Shown here: positions 63,436-64,000 of the stretch, in pieces
Numbering within the stretch: the first letter of the stretch is position 1
Layout of the letters: every line of letters starts with the position of its first letter
From: Octopus sinensis
Lineage: Eukaryota
Direction: 5' to 3'
Length of the DNA: 64,000 nucleotides
Assembly: GCF_006345805.1 (NCBI RefSeq)
Contig: NC_043005.1
Location: forward strand, 45,198,001 to 45,262,000
Notes under the pieces: generated by a model
Seen by the model: the letters and a program-made list of their open reading frames with translations, nothing else
Databases searched by the model: none
Told to the model about the DNA's origin: nothing
Position numbers and translations under genes: made by a program

Positions 63436-63951
63436 ATGTTTATATATATGTGTGTGTGTGTATGTGTACTTGTATTTATGTAAATATATGTGTGTGTGTG
63501 TGTATGTGTACTTGTATTTATGTATATATATATATGTATATATATATGTATATGTGTGTATATATATATGTATATATGTATATATATATATATATATATG
63601 GATATCTATATATGTATATATGCACATATATATATATATACACATATATATGTGCATATATGCACATATATGTATATATGCATATATATATGTATATGTA
63701 TATATGCATATATATATGTATATGTATATATGCATATATATATATATGTATATGTATATATGCATATATATATGTATATACATATATCTATATGTATATA
63801 TGTGTATATGCATGTGTATATATATATGTATATGCATATGTATATATGCATGTATATATATTTATATATGTATATGTGCTTATGTATATATATTATATAT
63901 ATATATATATGCATATATGCATGTATATATATTTATATATGTATATGTGCT

Positions 63952-63989
<38 letters not shown>

Positions 63990-64000
63990 TATATGCATAT
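62650..64000. repeat. Degenerate (TA)n satellite with a higher-order duplication
   Basis: Rare marker ggatatc at 63074 and 63600; marker gtttatatatatgtgtg..gtacttgtatttatg near 62850 and 63438. Confidence 0.95.

Noticed and set aside
61209-63914. Many 60-257 aa ORFs rich in I/Y/M/C/V/H/T
   Set aside because: Translations of (TA)/(TG)/(CA) microsatellite.

Overview
AT-rich, repeat-saturated animal genomic DNA, most likely from an octopus or another coleoid cephalopod. That assignment is inferred from the tRNA-derived SINE families (OK/OR-like), the RTE LINE ends and the huge (TA)/(CA)/(ATC)/(AGAT) microsatellite load. I cannot support any intact cellular protein-coding exon: the ORF track is almost entirely microsatellite, low-complexity or decayed-transposon translation. 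A CpG-rich island at ~46.6-50.2 kb looks like a promoter, with two plausible non-coding 5' exons on the + strand. Mobile DNA includes mariner/Tc1/maT, Tigger/pogo, hAT, piggyBac-like MITEs, RTE, HERO-like and CR1-like LINEs, Penelope-like (GIY-YIG) remnants and more than 30 SINE-type copies. The most interesting items are three. (1) A 204-bp near-perfect foldback (15078-15281) whose minus strand folds into an apparently complete type I hammerhead ribozyme, flanked by its own antisense copy. (2) Two more degenerate hammerhead-like motifs that share an unusual CCGAUGA core. (3) A 2.6-kb tandem array built from six copies of an RTE LINE stop codon, 3'UTR and tail. Element names and protein-family calls come from motif recognition by eye, not database searches. 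SINE and LINE boundaries are approximate.
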